Assembly: GCA_039680575.1 (NCBI GenBank)
Contig: JBDKSP010000095.1
Coordinates: 12,910-76,909, forward strand
DNA: 64,000 nucleotides
Direction: 5' to 3'
Source: Armatimonadota bacterium
GTDB taxonomy: Bacteria; Armatimonadota; UBA5829; DTLH01
Shown here in pieces: positions 46,529 through 56,377 of this stretch; the first letter of the stretch is position 1, and every line of letters begins with the position of its first letter. The notes below the pieces were generated by a model. The model saw nothing but the letters and a program-made list of their open reading frames with translations. It made no database searches and was not told the DNA's origin. A program made the position numbers and the translations under genes.

Positions 46529-47992
46529 ATGGGTGATACTGCACGTAGTGTATTGCGCAATTCATTCGCTAGCACGGCAGGGCAATTCATAAATCTAGCA
46601 GTTGGTATTATATCTAATGTTTACGTAGCCAGATCGCTTGGCGTAAGCCAGTTTGGGATGTTCAACTGGGGTCTGGGCATGGCGACACTTGTTGGTCCTC
46701 TTGCTAATGCAAGTATAGACAATGTCATTGTCCGGAATGTTGCACGCAACAAACGCGAACTACCTGAATTATTCGCCAGCGCAATGTTTATAAAAGCACT
46801 GGCATCAACCATCTGCTACTTTGGAATAATCTTATACATATATTTACGGGGTTATACTGGACTTCAACTTTTTGTGGGTTATATACTCTGTGCTATTGTT
46901 ATAACTGAAAGTCTTGGTTATGCCTGCCGTTCAAGTCTGGTGGCACTTGAGCAACAAACTATTACCGCAACCATCTCTGTAATTGTCAATACATTACGAG
47001 TTGCACTGGTAGTAACCTTCGTAAGATATGGGTTCAATATCCTAGCAGTTTCGATCATATCATTTGGGGCATCAGCGGCTACATTCATTGCACAAACTGC
47101 AGCTATCAAAAAATATTCGCACCCCAGTGATAGTTGGGTGCCAAGAATGCGCTCCATAAAGTGTCTTCTGGTTGGTGGCATGTCGTATATGGCCTCAACT
47201 GTCTTTGCTGGGGTGTTCGACCGTATAGATTTTGTACTTCTAGAAATATATTGTGGTGTGAATGAGGTTGGCATTTATAGCGCAGCTTATCGTATTCTGG
47301 AGATTATGACGATGATTGCGCTTAACTTCGGGTGTGCAATATTCCCAATACTGTCCCGTCAGGTCAAAGATTCCAGATCGGCACACGCAACGACTTTATT
47401 AAGAGCAACGAAGTATCTTTTAATCTTTGGCATTCCTTTTTCCACTAGTATTTGTCTCTTGAGCCATGACCTTATGGTTGGTCTGTATTCATCACGTTTC
47501 TCCGCAGCGGGAACATGTCTAGCAATGCTAGCCTGCAGCCGTATATTATTATTTGCAATAATTCCCGGGCAACAGTCCGTTCAAGCGCGTAACGCCCAAA
47601 TCTGGCTTGCTCCACCCGCAATTATAAGGACTATAGTCAATCTTGGTATAAATCTACTCCTTATACCACGCTATGGATTTCTCGGTGCAAGCATCGCAAT
47701 GCTGATTTCCGAACCCATATACCATATACTGATTTACCTATTTGCATTCAGAGGAATCGAACGATTTAACCCTCTTGCGCTTATGATACGGCCTGTTCTT
47801 GCAAGTATATTTATGGCTGGTGAAATTTTATTACTGCGTCCCTATAGTGCTATTTTTAGTGCTATTATCGCTATTCCAACATACTTACTCGCGTTTTATT
47901 TCCTCGGTGGAATAGATGTCTATGATAAACAGCTTATCATAAAACTTATCAGTAATATCAAACCGTCAAAAAAGAATCGATGTGAATCATAA
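46529..47992 (+). CDS. wzx: Wzx-type oligosaccharide flippase
   Basis: ARSLGVSQFG, DRIDFVLL, VGIYSAAYRI, LIPRYGFLGASIA. Confidence 0.85.
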   Translation: MGDTARSVLRNSFASTAGQFINLAVGIISNVYVARSLGVSQFGMFNWGLGMATLVGPLANASIDNVIVRNVARNKRELPELFASAMFIKALASTICYFGIILYIYLRGYTGLQLFVGYILCAIVITESLGYACRSSLVALEQQTITATISVIVNTLRVALVVTFVRYGFNILAVSIISFGASAATFIAQTAAIKKYSHPSDSWVPRMRSIKCLLVGGMSYMASTVFAGVFDRIDFVLLEIYCGVNEVGIYSAAYRILEIMTMIALNFGCAIFPILSRQVKDSRSAHATTLLRATKYLLIFGIPFSTSICLLSHDLMVGLYSSRFSAAGTCLAMLACSRILLFAIIPGQQSVQARNAQIWLAPPAIIRTIVNLGINLLLIPRYGFLGASIAMLISEPIYHILIYLFAFRGIERFNPLALMIRPVLASIFMAGEILLLRPYSAIFSAIIAIPTYLLAFYFLGGIDVYDKQLIIKLISNIKPSKKNRCES

Positions 47993-48033
47993 CACTATCT
48001 AGATAACGTCAATAGCATTGATGAGGTATTCAC

Positions 48034-48618
48034 ATGTTGAATGAGCAAGTTGTAAATGAACTTAAAGAAAGCGCCAATGTCAAGCTCAAACTTGCTGAAG
48101 AGGGCGCTGAAACAATAATCGAAATAGCGAATATACTCGTGGATGCACTTTCCAAAGGACATACTGTGCTTTTCTGCGGGAATGGCGGAAGTGCGGCTGA
48201 CGCACAGCATCTTGCCGCAGAACTCCTTGGCAAGTTTAAAATGGAGCGTAAAGCACTTCCTGCTATAGCGCTGACCGTCAACACATCCGCTTTGACGGCA
48301 ATTGGCAACGATTATTCCTACGACAACATATTCGAGCGGCTGGTAGAGGCACATGGACGTGAGGGAGATGTAATTCTAGGCATATCGACCAGCGGGAACT
48401 CGAAAAACGTTGTAAAAGCTATTGTAAAAGCACGGGAAATCGGGATGAAGACAGTGGCATTCTGCGGTTTTACGCCTGGCGCTATCGGAGAAAAGGCCGA
48501 TATATGCCTTACAGTTCCGTCCAAAGATACCCCGCGGATTCAAGAAGCTCATATCACAGCAGGACATATTATCTGCGGGCTTGTCGAACGCAAGCTGTTC
48601 GGAGACTTGAAGCAATGA
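48034..48618 (+). CDS. gmhA: Phosphoheptose isomerase
   Basis: CGNGGSAADAQH, TAIGNDY, ISTSGNS, RIQEAH. Confidence 0.96.
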   Translation: MLNEQVVNELKESANVKLKLAEEGAETIIEIANILVDALSKGHTVLFCGNGGSAADAQHLAAELLGKFKMERKALPAIALTVNTSALTAIGNDYSYDNIFERLVEAHGREGDVILGISTSGNSKNVVKAIVKAREIGMKTVAFCGFTPGAIGEKADICLTVPSKDTPRIQEAHITAGHIICGLVERKLFGDLKQ

Positions 48619-49706
48619 GCACTACCGCGCTAATACTCGCCGGAGGCGCTGGGACAAGGCTCAGGCCTCTTACTTATCACCGGCCAAAACCGATGGTGCC
48701 TATAGCAAATAAGCCTATTCTGCAGTATCAGATGGAACTTATGAGAAGACATGGTATTAGCGAAATCGTCCTATGTGTCGGCGCAGGCACTGATGCCGTT
48801 AGGGACTACTTCGGAAACGGCGATAGCCTTGGGATCAAAATCCATTATTCCATTGAGGATACTCCTCTTGGTACTGCCGGCGCGGTCAAAAATGCTGAAC
48901 AATACCTGGGCAGTGGCAGCTTTCTGATTATGAATGGCGATGGACTTGTTGATTATGACTTGTCCTCCATAATAAGCTTCCACTACTACAAAAATGCCGA
49001 TGTTACAATCGGTCTGATGAAAGTCCCCACCCCCACCCCTTGCGGTATCGTAAAGACAGATAGTGACAACCGGGTGATTTCGTTCGAAGAACCCGATAAA
49101 ACGCAAAAGAAGACGCTCGGGACAAATGCTGCCACAACCGGCTTCGCATTAGTCAATGCCGGTGTATATCTCATCTCATCCGAGTCACTTAGGTCGATAC
49201 CAAAAGGCCGTGAATTTTCGATGGAAAGTGAATTCTTCCCATCGATGATTGCAAACGGTAAAAATGTCTATGCATCGCTTTTATTTGGTAAAGGGCTCGA
49301 TATCGGCGCTCCGAACCAGTATCTTAACGCGCATTATGAGCTGTTTGCAGGGAAGATCGACGCGGAAATTGCCGGACAACCCACCGAAGGCGGCTACCGG
49401 ATGGAAGGCGATTCCGAAATCGATCCATCGGCGAAAATTGACTCGGGTGTATATATCGGCCCCGGCTGCAGAATCGGACCTCATGCGAAAATCAGTGAAT
49501 ATTCGTCGGTTGGTCCTGGCTGTATCATCGGAGAGAATACGGTGATAAATGCCAGCGCGTTGCTTGAAAATGTAACAATAGGCAATAATTGCCTGCTCAG
49601 GGCATGCATAATCGACTGTGATAGCACTGTCGGTGATGATATCACGCTGGGAAATGAATCGATCTTACCAAAAGGGAGTGTGCTTAAAGCCATTTCCAAC
49701 CGATAA
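48615..49706 (+). CDS. Sugar-1-phosphate guanylyltransferase family (HddC-like) with C-terminal left-handed beta-helix
   Basis: LAGGAGTRLRPLT..RPKPM, PLGTAGAV, NGD, DIG, hexapeptide repeats; ATGA overlap with gmhA. Confidence 0.8.
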   Translation: MSTTALILAGGAGTRLRPLTYHRPKPMVPIANKPILQYQMELMRRHGISEIVLCVGAGTDAVRDYFGNGDSLGIKIHYSIEDTPLGTAGAVKNAEQYLGSGSFLIMNGDGLVDYDLSSIISFHYYKNADVTIGLMKVPTPTPCGIVKTDSDNRVISFEEPDKTQKKTLGTNAATTGFALVNAGVYLISSESLRSIPKGREFSMESEFFPSMIANGKNVYASLLFGKGLDIGAPNQYLNAHYELFAGKIDAEIAGQPTEGGYRMEGDSEIDPSAKIDSGVYIGPGCRIGPHAKISEYSSVGPGCIIGENTVINASALLENVTIGNNCLLRACIIDCDSTVGDDITLGNESILPKGSVLKAISNR

Positions 49707-49848
49707 ATATGTTGTGCTGTCTCATCAGCAGCTCGCATGCTTTATGTATAATTCTGATATGCTACAATAGAAGAGCTTAAGCTGCGATCCCGGTGTTATC
49801 TCACTAACAAATGCAGCTTAGCTTGGAAATGAGGAAGTTTTTATCGGT

Positions 49849-50886
49849 ATGATAGTAAGGAGCAAAGCGCCACTAAGGATTAGTTTCGGCGGGGGCGGCA
49901 CCGATGTATCGCCTTATTGCGAAGAGTACGGCGGCGCAGTACTTAGCACTACAATAAACAAGTATGCTTATGCCACACTCAGCACTCGTGAGGACTCCAC
50001 GATTACCGTTACATCGTTGGACTACGACATCGTGGCAAAATACGGCTGTAATGACCGCCTCGTATATGACGGTGAACTCGACCTTGTAAAGGCAGCGATC
50101 AACAATATACGCGAAAAATGCGGCAAGAACAGCGACCCGACACAAAGCGGGCTTGATATATTCATGCACTCCGATGCTCCTCCCGGCAGCGGACTTGGTT
50201 CCTCGTCAACGATGGTTGTCGCACTCATCGGTATGCTTCAGCGCTATCTCAATCTCCCACTGACCAGCTATGAAATTGCCCAATTGGCCTACACGGCTGA
50301 AAGGGTCGATCTCGGCATCAAGGGTGGTAAACAGGACCAGTATGCCGCTACGTTCGGCGGGTTCAATTACATAGAGTTTTACAGCTCATCCGTCGTCGTG
50401 AACCCACTTAGAATCAATTCCGAATACCTTAATGAGCTTGAATACAACCTGCTGCTCTGTTACACAGGAAAGACCCGGCTCTCCGCTCATATTCTGGACC
50501 GGCAGATAGGTTCTGTCGAAAGCAATAAGGTTTCTGTAATGGATGCCCTTCATCAATCGAAGGAATTAGCGTTTTCTATGAAGAATGCGCTTCTCCAGGG
50601 CCGGACAAATGACTTCGGCGCTCTCCTACATGAAGCATGGGAGCAAAAGAAGCATCTCGATTCGTGTATAACGAACGAGCAGATCGACGAGCTATACGAT
50701 GTAGCGAGAAAAAACGGCGCGATCGGAGGTAAAATCCTCGGAGCCGGCGGCGGTGGGTATCTGCTCATATACTGCGACTTCCGAAAGAAGCACATAATTG
50801 CTGAAGAACTGGAGAAACACGGCGGACAGGTGGTACAGTTCAACTTTGATACTGCCGGACTTCAGACATGGTGCAGTTCCAGGTAA
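49849..50886 (+). CDS. hddA: D-glycero-alpha-D-manno-heptose-7-phosphate kinase (GHMP)
   Basis: APLRISFGGGGTD, PPGSGLGSSS, GGKQDQYAA.FGG, GGKILGAGGGG. Confidence 0.9.
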   Translation: MIVRSKAPLRISFGGGGTDVSPYCEEYGGAVLSTTINKYAYATLSTREDSTITVTSLDYDIVAKYGCNDRLVYDGELDLVKAAINNIREKCGKNSDPTQSGLDIFMHSDAPPGSGLGSSSTMVVALIGMLQRYLNLPLTSYEIAQLAYTAERVDLGIKGGKQDQYAATFGGFNYIEFYSSSVVVNPLRINSEYLNELEYNLLLCYTGKTRLSAHILDRQIGSVESNKVSVMDALHQSKELAFSMKNALLQGRTNDFGALLHEAWEQKKHLDSCITNEQIDELYDVARKNGAIGGKILGAGGGGYLLIYCDFRKKHIIAEELEKHGGQVVQFNFDTAGLQTWCSSR

Positions 50887-50964
50887 GCAGGCAAAGAAGT
50901 TGGAAAACACCTCGATTATATGGTGAATTTTCGATAGCTGCATAGTTGTGGAAGGAGTGCTTCC

Positions 50965-52185
50965 TTGATCGATGTATTGATACTTGTCCCCAAGCTTCCG
51001 TATCCGGTTATGGATGGAGACAGTGTAAGGCATTACAACCTGATAAAGAGACTCTCGAATGATTGCAATATATCACTGATCTGCTATTGCGATGAAAAAT
51101 ACAGCGATGTCGGAATAGCAGAAATGGAGAAGTACTGCAAGAACATTCGGGCAATCCCGCACAAGAAGCGCTCGAAACTCGAGTGGCTTAAGCGATTTGC
51201 TTCCAGTTACATAAAAGGATCTCCTTCCACCACAGCGGTTCACTATTCACCGGATATGAAACATGCGGTTGTTTCTCTCCTCAAGGAGCATAAATTCGAT
51301 ATAGTCCAGATAGAACACACATTTATGTCGGAGTATATCGACGATGTAAAAAGGTTCTCCTCTGCGCACACGATATTGACCGTGCATAACTTGGAAGCAA
51401 TAAATGTGAGACGAAAATTCAAGCATCAGACATGGGGGCACCTTAAAGTCCGTCACATGATTGACACCGCAGTATATCCCGGTTTTGAAAAACGGGCCAT
51501 AAATAGCTTCAATGCGTGCGTTACCGTGTCCGAGTTAAACGCAGAGCTTATCAGACCAATCAGAAAAGATGTAATAGTCGTAGAAAATGGTGTGGATATA
51601 GCATTAAACAGTCAATTGCCTGTCAACCCGGAACTTTGCGATCTTGTTTTTATTGGCGGAATGGACTACCTGCCGAACATTGATGGCGCGACATTTATGG
51701 TGGAAAGCATCCTGCCGCTGATCAGACAAAAGATGATGGAAACAAAACTATACATAGTCGGCAGAAATCCGGTTCCAGAAGTGATGGCTCTTGGAGCTTC
51801 CGATGGGGTCGAAATACATGCGGATGTGCCGGATGTTAAGCCATGGTATGAAAAAGCTGCCATTACCGTCGTGCCTTTGCGTTCCGGTGGAGGAACTCGA
51901 CTCAAAATACTTGAATCTATGGCACTTGGAGTGCCGGTAGTATCTACCAGCATCGGGTGTGAAGGACTTGATGTTACAGACAAAGAAAATATACTTATAG
52001 CGGACACTCCGTCTGAATTTGCGGAATGCGTATGCAGGCTTCTGCAAAATCCGGAGCTTAGAACTCAATTATCACAGAACGCACGCTCGCTGGTTGAACA
52101 CCGATACAGTTGGGATGCGATCGCGCCTAAGCTGATGGATGTTTATACGTCACTTCTTGAGACAAATCATCCAGCACAAGGCTGA
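50965..52185 (+). CDS. GT4 glycosyltransferase
   Basis: LPYP..DG, HNLE, DYLPNIDG, PLRSGGGTRLKILESMALG. Confidence 0.88.
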   Translation: MIDVLILVPKLPYPVMDGDSVRHYNLIKRLSNDCNISLICYCDEKYSDVGIAEMEKYCKNIRAIPHKKRSKLEWLKRFASSYIKGSPSTTAVHYSPDMKHAVVSLLKEHKFDIVQIEHTFMSEYIDDVKRFSSAHTILTVHNLEAINVRRKFKHQTWGHLKVRHMIDTAVYPGFEKRAINSFNACVTVSELNAELIRPIRKDVIVVENGVDIALNSQLPVNPELCDLVFIGGMDYLPNIDGATFMVESILPLIRQKMMETKLYIVGRNPVPEVMALGASDGVEIHADVPDVKPWYEKAAITVVPLRSGGGTRLKILESMALGVPVVSTSIGCEGLDVTDKENILIADTPSEFAECVCRLLQNPELRTQLSQNARSLVEHRYSWDAIAPKLMDVYTSLLETNHPAQG

Positions 52186-52217
52186 TTTGCAGATCCATTT
52201 AGCACTGCGAAACTAAT

Positions 52218-53378
52218 ATGAGAATTACTTTAGTCCAACCATATATCACAACAAAATCAATTCCGAAGGAATATTATAATATCCAGAGCTTTGGGCTCTC
52301 GGCTGAACTGATAAAGCGTGGTTTTGATGTTACCATACTCACCACAAACCTCATCAGGCCAGAGGTTCGGTCGTATAAGGACAGGCTAAGGCGTTTCGAG
52401 GAAAACATAAATGGGCTAAAGGTCGCATATATTCCCACACTTGCCACACCAGGAGCGCTACCGATATTCCCTACCCTCCCAATGGAGATTAACAAGAGCA
52501 AACCTGATCTAGTCCAGGCAGCGGAAGACTCTCAGCTTGCGACTCTATCTGCAGTGATGTGCTGCAAGGCTATGCGAATACCACTGGTTGTCTATCAGGG
52601 AATGTACAGCTTCACACATAGTCACGCACGTATTCGTAAGCTGTACAGCAAGACTGCCGGACAGTTTGTGTATAAGCTGGCAAATGCGTTTGTCTGCAAA
52701 AGCAATGCAGCGAAAGAATATGTTATTACGCAAGGAGTCCACCCAGAGCGAGTACATGTGGTCCCTGTAGGATTTAGGACAAACAACTATAAACGTTTGG
52801 ATGATGGCTCTCTGCAAAAATACGTAAAGCATTCAGGTGGCAAGACACTGATTTCTGTTGGAAGGCTTAACTACGAAAAGGGTTTCGATACAGCAATACT
52901 GGCGATGAAAAATGTCGTGCAAGAATTCCCTGACACTTCCTATGTAATCTTCGGAGACGGGCCTGAGCATAATAAACTTACAAGGCTTATTGAAGAGAAT
53001 GGCCTTACGGATAATGTCTTCATCATTACAGAGAAGATATTGAACACGAAGATGAGTTTTATCTATAGCGGAGCATATCTGCATTTGATTCCGTCTACAT
53101 ACGAGATATTCAACATGACAATGCTGGAAGCGCTTGCATGCGGTACTCCAGTAGTTGCCTGCAAAGTTGGCGGTATGAAGGATACCATAAAACATGGCGC
53201 CACAGGCTTTTTATTTACTCCTGACTCTGTGGATGAACTGACGAATCATATATGCAATTTACTGGAAGACGAGAAAAAGTGGCAAATGCTTAGCCTGCAA
53301 GCTCAAAGTGATATGGACAACTACGATTGGTCGATGATAGCTGAGCAATTCATGCATGTATATGATTCCCTGGTATAA
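52218..53378 (+). CDS. GT4 glycosyltransferase
   Basis: VGRLNYEKG, PSTYEIFNMTMLEALACG. Confidence 0.88.
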   Translation: MRITLVQPYITTKSIPKEYYNIQSFGLSAELIKRGFDVTILTTNLIRPEVRSYKDRLRRFEENINGLKVAYIPTLATPGALPIFPTLPMEINKSKPDLVQAAEDSQLATLSAVMCCKAMRIPLVVYQGMYSFTHSHARIRKLYSKTAGQFVYKLANAFVCKSNAAKEYVITQGVHPERVHVVPVGFRTNNYKRLDDGSLQKYVKHSGGKTLISVGRLNYEKGFDTAILAMKNVVQEFPDTSYVIFGDGPEHNKLTRLIEENGLTDNVFIITEKILNTKMSFIYSGAYLHLIPSTYEIFNMTMLEALACGTPVVACKVGGMKDTIKHGATGFLFTPDSVDELTNHICNLLEDEKKWQMLSLQAQSDMDNYDWSMIAEQFMHVYDSLV

Positions 53379-53402
53379 TGTTTTACTCTTGGAGAGAGAT
53401 AA

Positions 53403-54047
53403 TTGAGCAAAATAGATTATTCGGCATTTAAAGAAAGATTAACTCCCTGCCAGAGGCTTGCTTCTTTCGAATTGGTACGGCCATTTACAGACAATAAGCA
53501 CGTTCTCGACATAGGCTGTGCCACCGGAGATTACCTAATGACATTCGGAGAAGGATCAATAGGCACAGACTTCTCTATGCGTGCAATCGAAACCTGCAAT
53601 AATAAGGGATTACGGGCAATCGAAGCTAACTTCAACGAGAGTCTGCCTTTCCCGGATAGTACATTCGATGTAGTATTTTGCTCGCATGTGATGGAGCACG
53701 TAGAGTCTCCGTTTAGACTCCTTAAAGAGATGAACAGGTTGCTGGTTTCGGATGGTACTGTTGTTATTGGCTTGCCAACCGAGGCAAGTATTGTCCGGCA
53801 TCTAAAGGATGGCTATTTCAGCGATCATGACAGCCATATCTATGGATTTTCGCTGAACTGTGTTAGGAGACTACTGGAAATAATGGGTTTCGAGCCTGTA
53901 AAGACTATTGTCGACTTCAATCTGGTGCATAAGCTAAAGCTGTACTGGCTTATGAGACTCGCACAGAGTCTTCCGCCTTCACTTACACTCCCAATATCAA
54001 ATGCGTATTGGGTAATCGGCAAAAAAACGGCCACGGGAGAAAGCTAA
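53403..54047 (+). CDS. Class I SAM-dependent methyltransferase
   Basis: VLDIGCATG, LPFPDSTFDVV, HVMEHV. Confidence 0.88.
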   Translation: MSKIDYSAFKERLTPCQRLASFELVRPFTDNKHVLDIGCATGDYLMTFGEGSIGTDFSMRAIETCNNKGLRAIEANFNESLPFPDSTFDVVFCSHVMEHVESPFRLLKEMNRLLVSDGTVVIGLPTEASIVRHLKDGYFSDHDSHIYGFSLNCVRRLLEIMGFEPVKTIVDFNLVHKLKLYWLMRLAQSLPPSLTLPISNAYWVIGKKTATGES

Positions 54048-54059
54048 CAGTATATCGAA

Positions 54060-55139
54060 ATGAAAGTTTTCGTGCTAACAATGAGCCGTAAAGGTCTTTG
54101 TCATGTGGCTGCCCAGTTGGTAGATTCTCTGGCAACTCATTGTGACGCCACCCTCATCGCACCAAACGAAACAGCAGACTATGTGGAACGAGGAAGAGCG
54201 ATTGAAATCGATTTGCCATTCAGAAGATGGAACCCTCTTTATGCATTTGGGCTACTGAAAATCATACTACTGGTGCGCAAGTACAAGCCCGACATAGTGC
54301 ATATCCAGGATCTTCATCCACTGTTTTATCTTATATCGCTCTTTTTCGGAAAAGCACGCGTCGTCCTGACATTACATGACATAAACGAACATCCTGGTGA
54401 AGAGCTTTGGTATTCTTCCATTACCAGGAAGCTGATGCTCAAGCGGTGCAGCGCAATAGTAATTCATGGGACAGCACTTCGTAATTTATTCATATCCAGA
54501 TATCCGGATCTTGCGAATAAGCTGTATGTACTATATCATCCCGTAAATAAAGTCTTTGATAAATGGCGTAGCAACGGAGTGCAGGAAGAAAAACAGATTC
54601 TGTTCTTCGGTAGAATAGTAAAATATAAGGGTCTGGATATCCTGCTGAAGTCTGTTCCTATGCTTCGCAAAGCGTTGCCTGATTTTAAAGTCGTCGTGGC
54701 AGGAAGCGGTAATATTTCCGAATATACCGATCTACTGAAAGAGTGTGGAGATTATGTGGAAGTCGACAACAGGCAAATTCCTGATGATATGGTAGCCCAG
54801 TATTACCAAAAGTCTGAAATCATTGTTATACCCTACATCGAGGCTTCCCAGAGCGGTATTCTTGCTACGGCATATGCATTTCAAAAGCCGGTTGTCGTTA
54901 CAAAGATCGGAAGCCTGCCGGAAGTCGTAGATGATGGCAAAACCGGCCTGTTAATTGAGCCTAGTGACCCTGTTGCACTTGCCGAAGCAATCATAAAGCT
55001 CGCGTCAAATAAAGAACTCAGAGAAAAGATGAAAATCGCAATCCGGCACAAAGTCGAGAAAGAACTAAGCTGGGAAGCAGCCGCACAACGATTGTTCGAG
55101 ATGTATCAAGCAATAATCGAGGGAAATTTTCCAAGGTAG
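54060..55139 (+). CDS. GT4 glycosyltransferase
   Basis: LFFGRIVKYKG, PYIEASQSGI. Confidence 0.88.
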   Translation: MKVFVLTMSRKGLCHVAAQLVDSLATHCDATLIAPNETADYVERGRAIEIDLPFRRWNPLYAFGLLKIILLVRKYKPDIVHIQDLHPLFYLISLFFGKARVVLTLHDINEHPGEELWYSSITRKLMLKRCSAIVIHGTALRNLFISRYPDLANKLYVLYHPVNKVFDKWRSNGVQEEKQILFFGRIVKYKGLDILLKSVPMLRKALPDFKVVVAGSGNISEYTDLLKECGDYVEVDNRQIPDDMVAQYYQKSEIIVIPYIEASQSGILATAYAFQKPVVVTKIGSLPEVVDDGKTGLLIEPSDPVALAEAIIKLASNKELREKMKIAIRHKVEKELSWEAAAQRLFEMYQAIIEGNFPR

Positions 55140-55144
55140 TTTTT

Positions 55145-56377
55145 ATGAATATTCTTCTCTGTAACAAATTCTACCGGCCATTCGGTGGTCCTGAGACCAT
55201 ACTCTTTGATTGTGTCAGGGAATTTACTGCGTTAGGTCATAATGTAATACCATTTGCCATGGCACACCCGGACAATGTGGCGTCACCATATTCCGATTAT
55301 TTTGTGTCGAATGTCGATTACAACAAAAAAGGCGCAAAGGGCATACGGAAATTGCTGAACGAAGCGACTGATCTGGTCTACTCAACAAAAGCTCGTGCAC
55401 AGATTGAGAAACTCATCGCTGATACACATCCTGATGTTGCGCATGCCCATAATATATACCATCAACTGTCGCCATCCATTTTGGTCGCACTGAAAAAAGC
55501 AGGAATTCCTACTGTGATGACACTGCATGACGGCAAACTTGTCTGTGCCAGTATGTTGTTCCTTACGCACGGTAGAATTTGCGAAAAATGCGCCGGACGA
55601 AAGTTCTACAATGCGGTCCTCAACAAGTGCGTTAAGGACTCATACTCAGCAAGCCTGCTCTGTTTTATAGAAGAGACCTTGCACAGGTGGTTTAGAATAT
55701 ACGAAAAGAATGTCGATATCTTTATTACACCCAGCCACTTTCTGAAATCCAGAATGGTTGAAAATGGCAGACTAAAGGATGAAAAGGTTCGTGTTCTACC
55801 GAACTATGCAAATGTACAGGGAATAACTCCCGATTATCGCCCGGGAGATTATGGTTTTTTTGCGGGGCACGTGGAACTCTACAAGGGAGCTGGAACACTG
55901 CTTGAGGCATGCAGGCACATCCCTGACTTTGAGGTCCGGCTTGCGGGACGGGGCTCATTTTATGAGAACAGGAAACAGATAATCGAGTCAATGGGGCTAA
56001 AAAACGTAATTTTCCTGGGTTTCCAGACTGGAGTTCATCTCAAGCAACTCTTCCAGAAATCGAGGTTCGTAATAGTCCCTTCCGAATGCTACGAAAATTG
56101 CCCTATGACTATTCTGGAAGCTTTTGCTGCAGGAAAGCCGGTTATAGCATCCAGGATCGGTGGAATTCCCGAACTCGTAAAGCATGGCACAGACGGTTTT
56201 CTTTTTGAGCCCGGAAATGTCGATGAACTCGCGCAGTGCATGAAAACACTCATCGATGATCCTGAGCTGGCATCCGAGATGGGTATGCAGGGACGAAAAA
56301 AAGTGGAGCAGCATTATTCGATAGAAAACTACATTAACTCGACTCTAGATATGTATAATGAGGTAATCAACAGATGA
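55145..56377 (+). CDS. GT4 glycosyltransferase with Cys-rich insert
   Basis: HAHNIYHQLSPS, TLHD.KLVC...CEKC...C, PSECYENCPMTILEA. Confidence 0.88.
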   Translation: MNILLCNKFYRPFGGPETILFDCVREFTALGHNVIPFAMAHPDNVASPYSDYFVSNVDYNKKGAKGIRKLLNEATDLVYSTKARAQIEKLIADTHPDVAHAHNIYHQLSPSILVALKKAGIPTVMTLHDGKLVCASMLFLTHGRICEKCAGRKFYNAVLNKCVKDSYSASLLCFIEETLHRWFRIYEKNVDIFITPSHFLKSRMVENGRLKDEKVRVLPNYANVQGITPDYRPGDYGFFAGHVELYKGAGTLLEACRHIPDFEVRLAGRGSFYENRKQIIESMGLKNVIFLGFQTGVHLKQLFQKSRFVIVPSECYENCPMTILEAFAAGKPVIASRIGGIPELVKHGTDGFLFEPGNVDELAQCMKTLIDDPELASEMGMQGRKKVEQHYSIENYINSTLDMYNEVINR

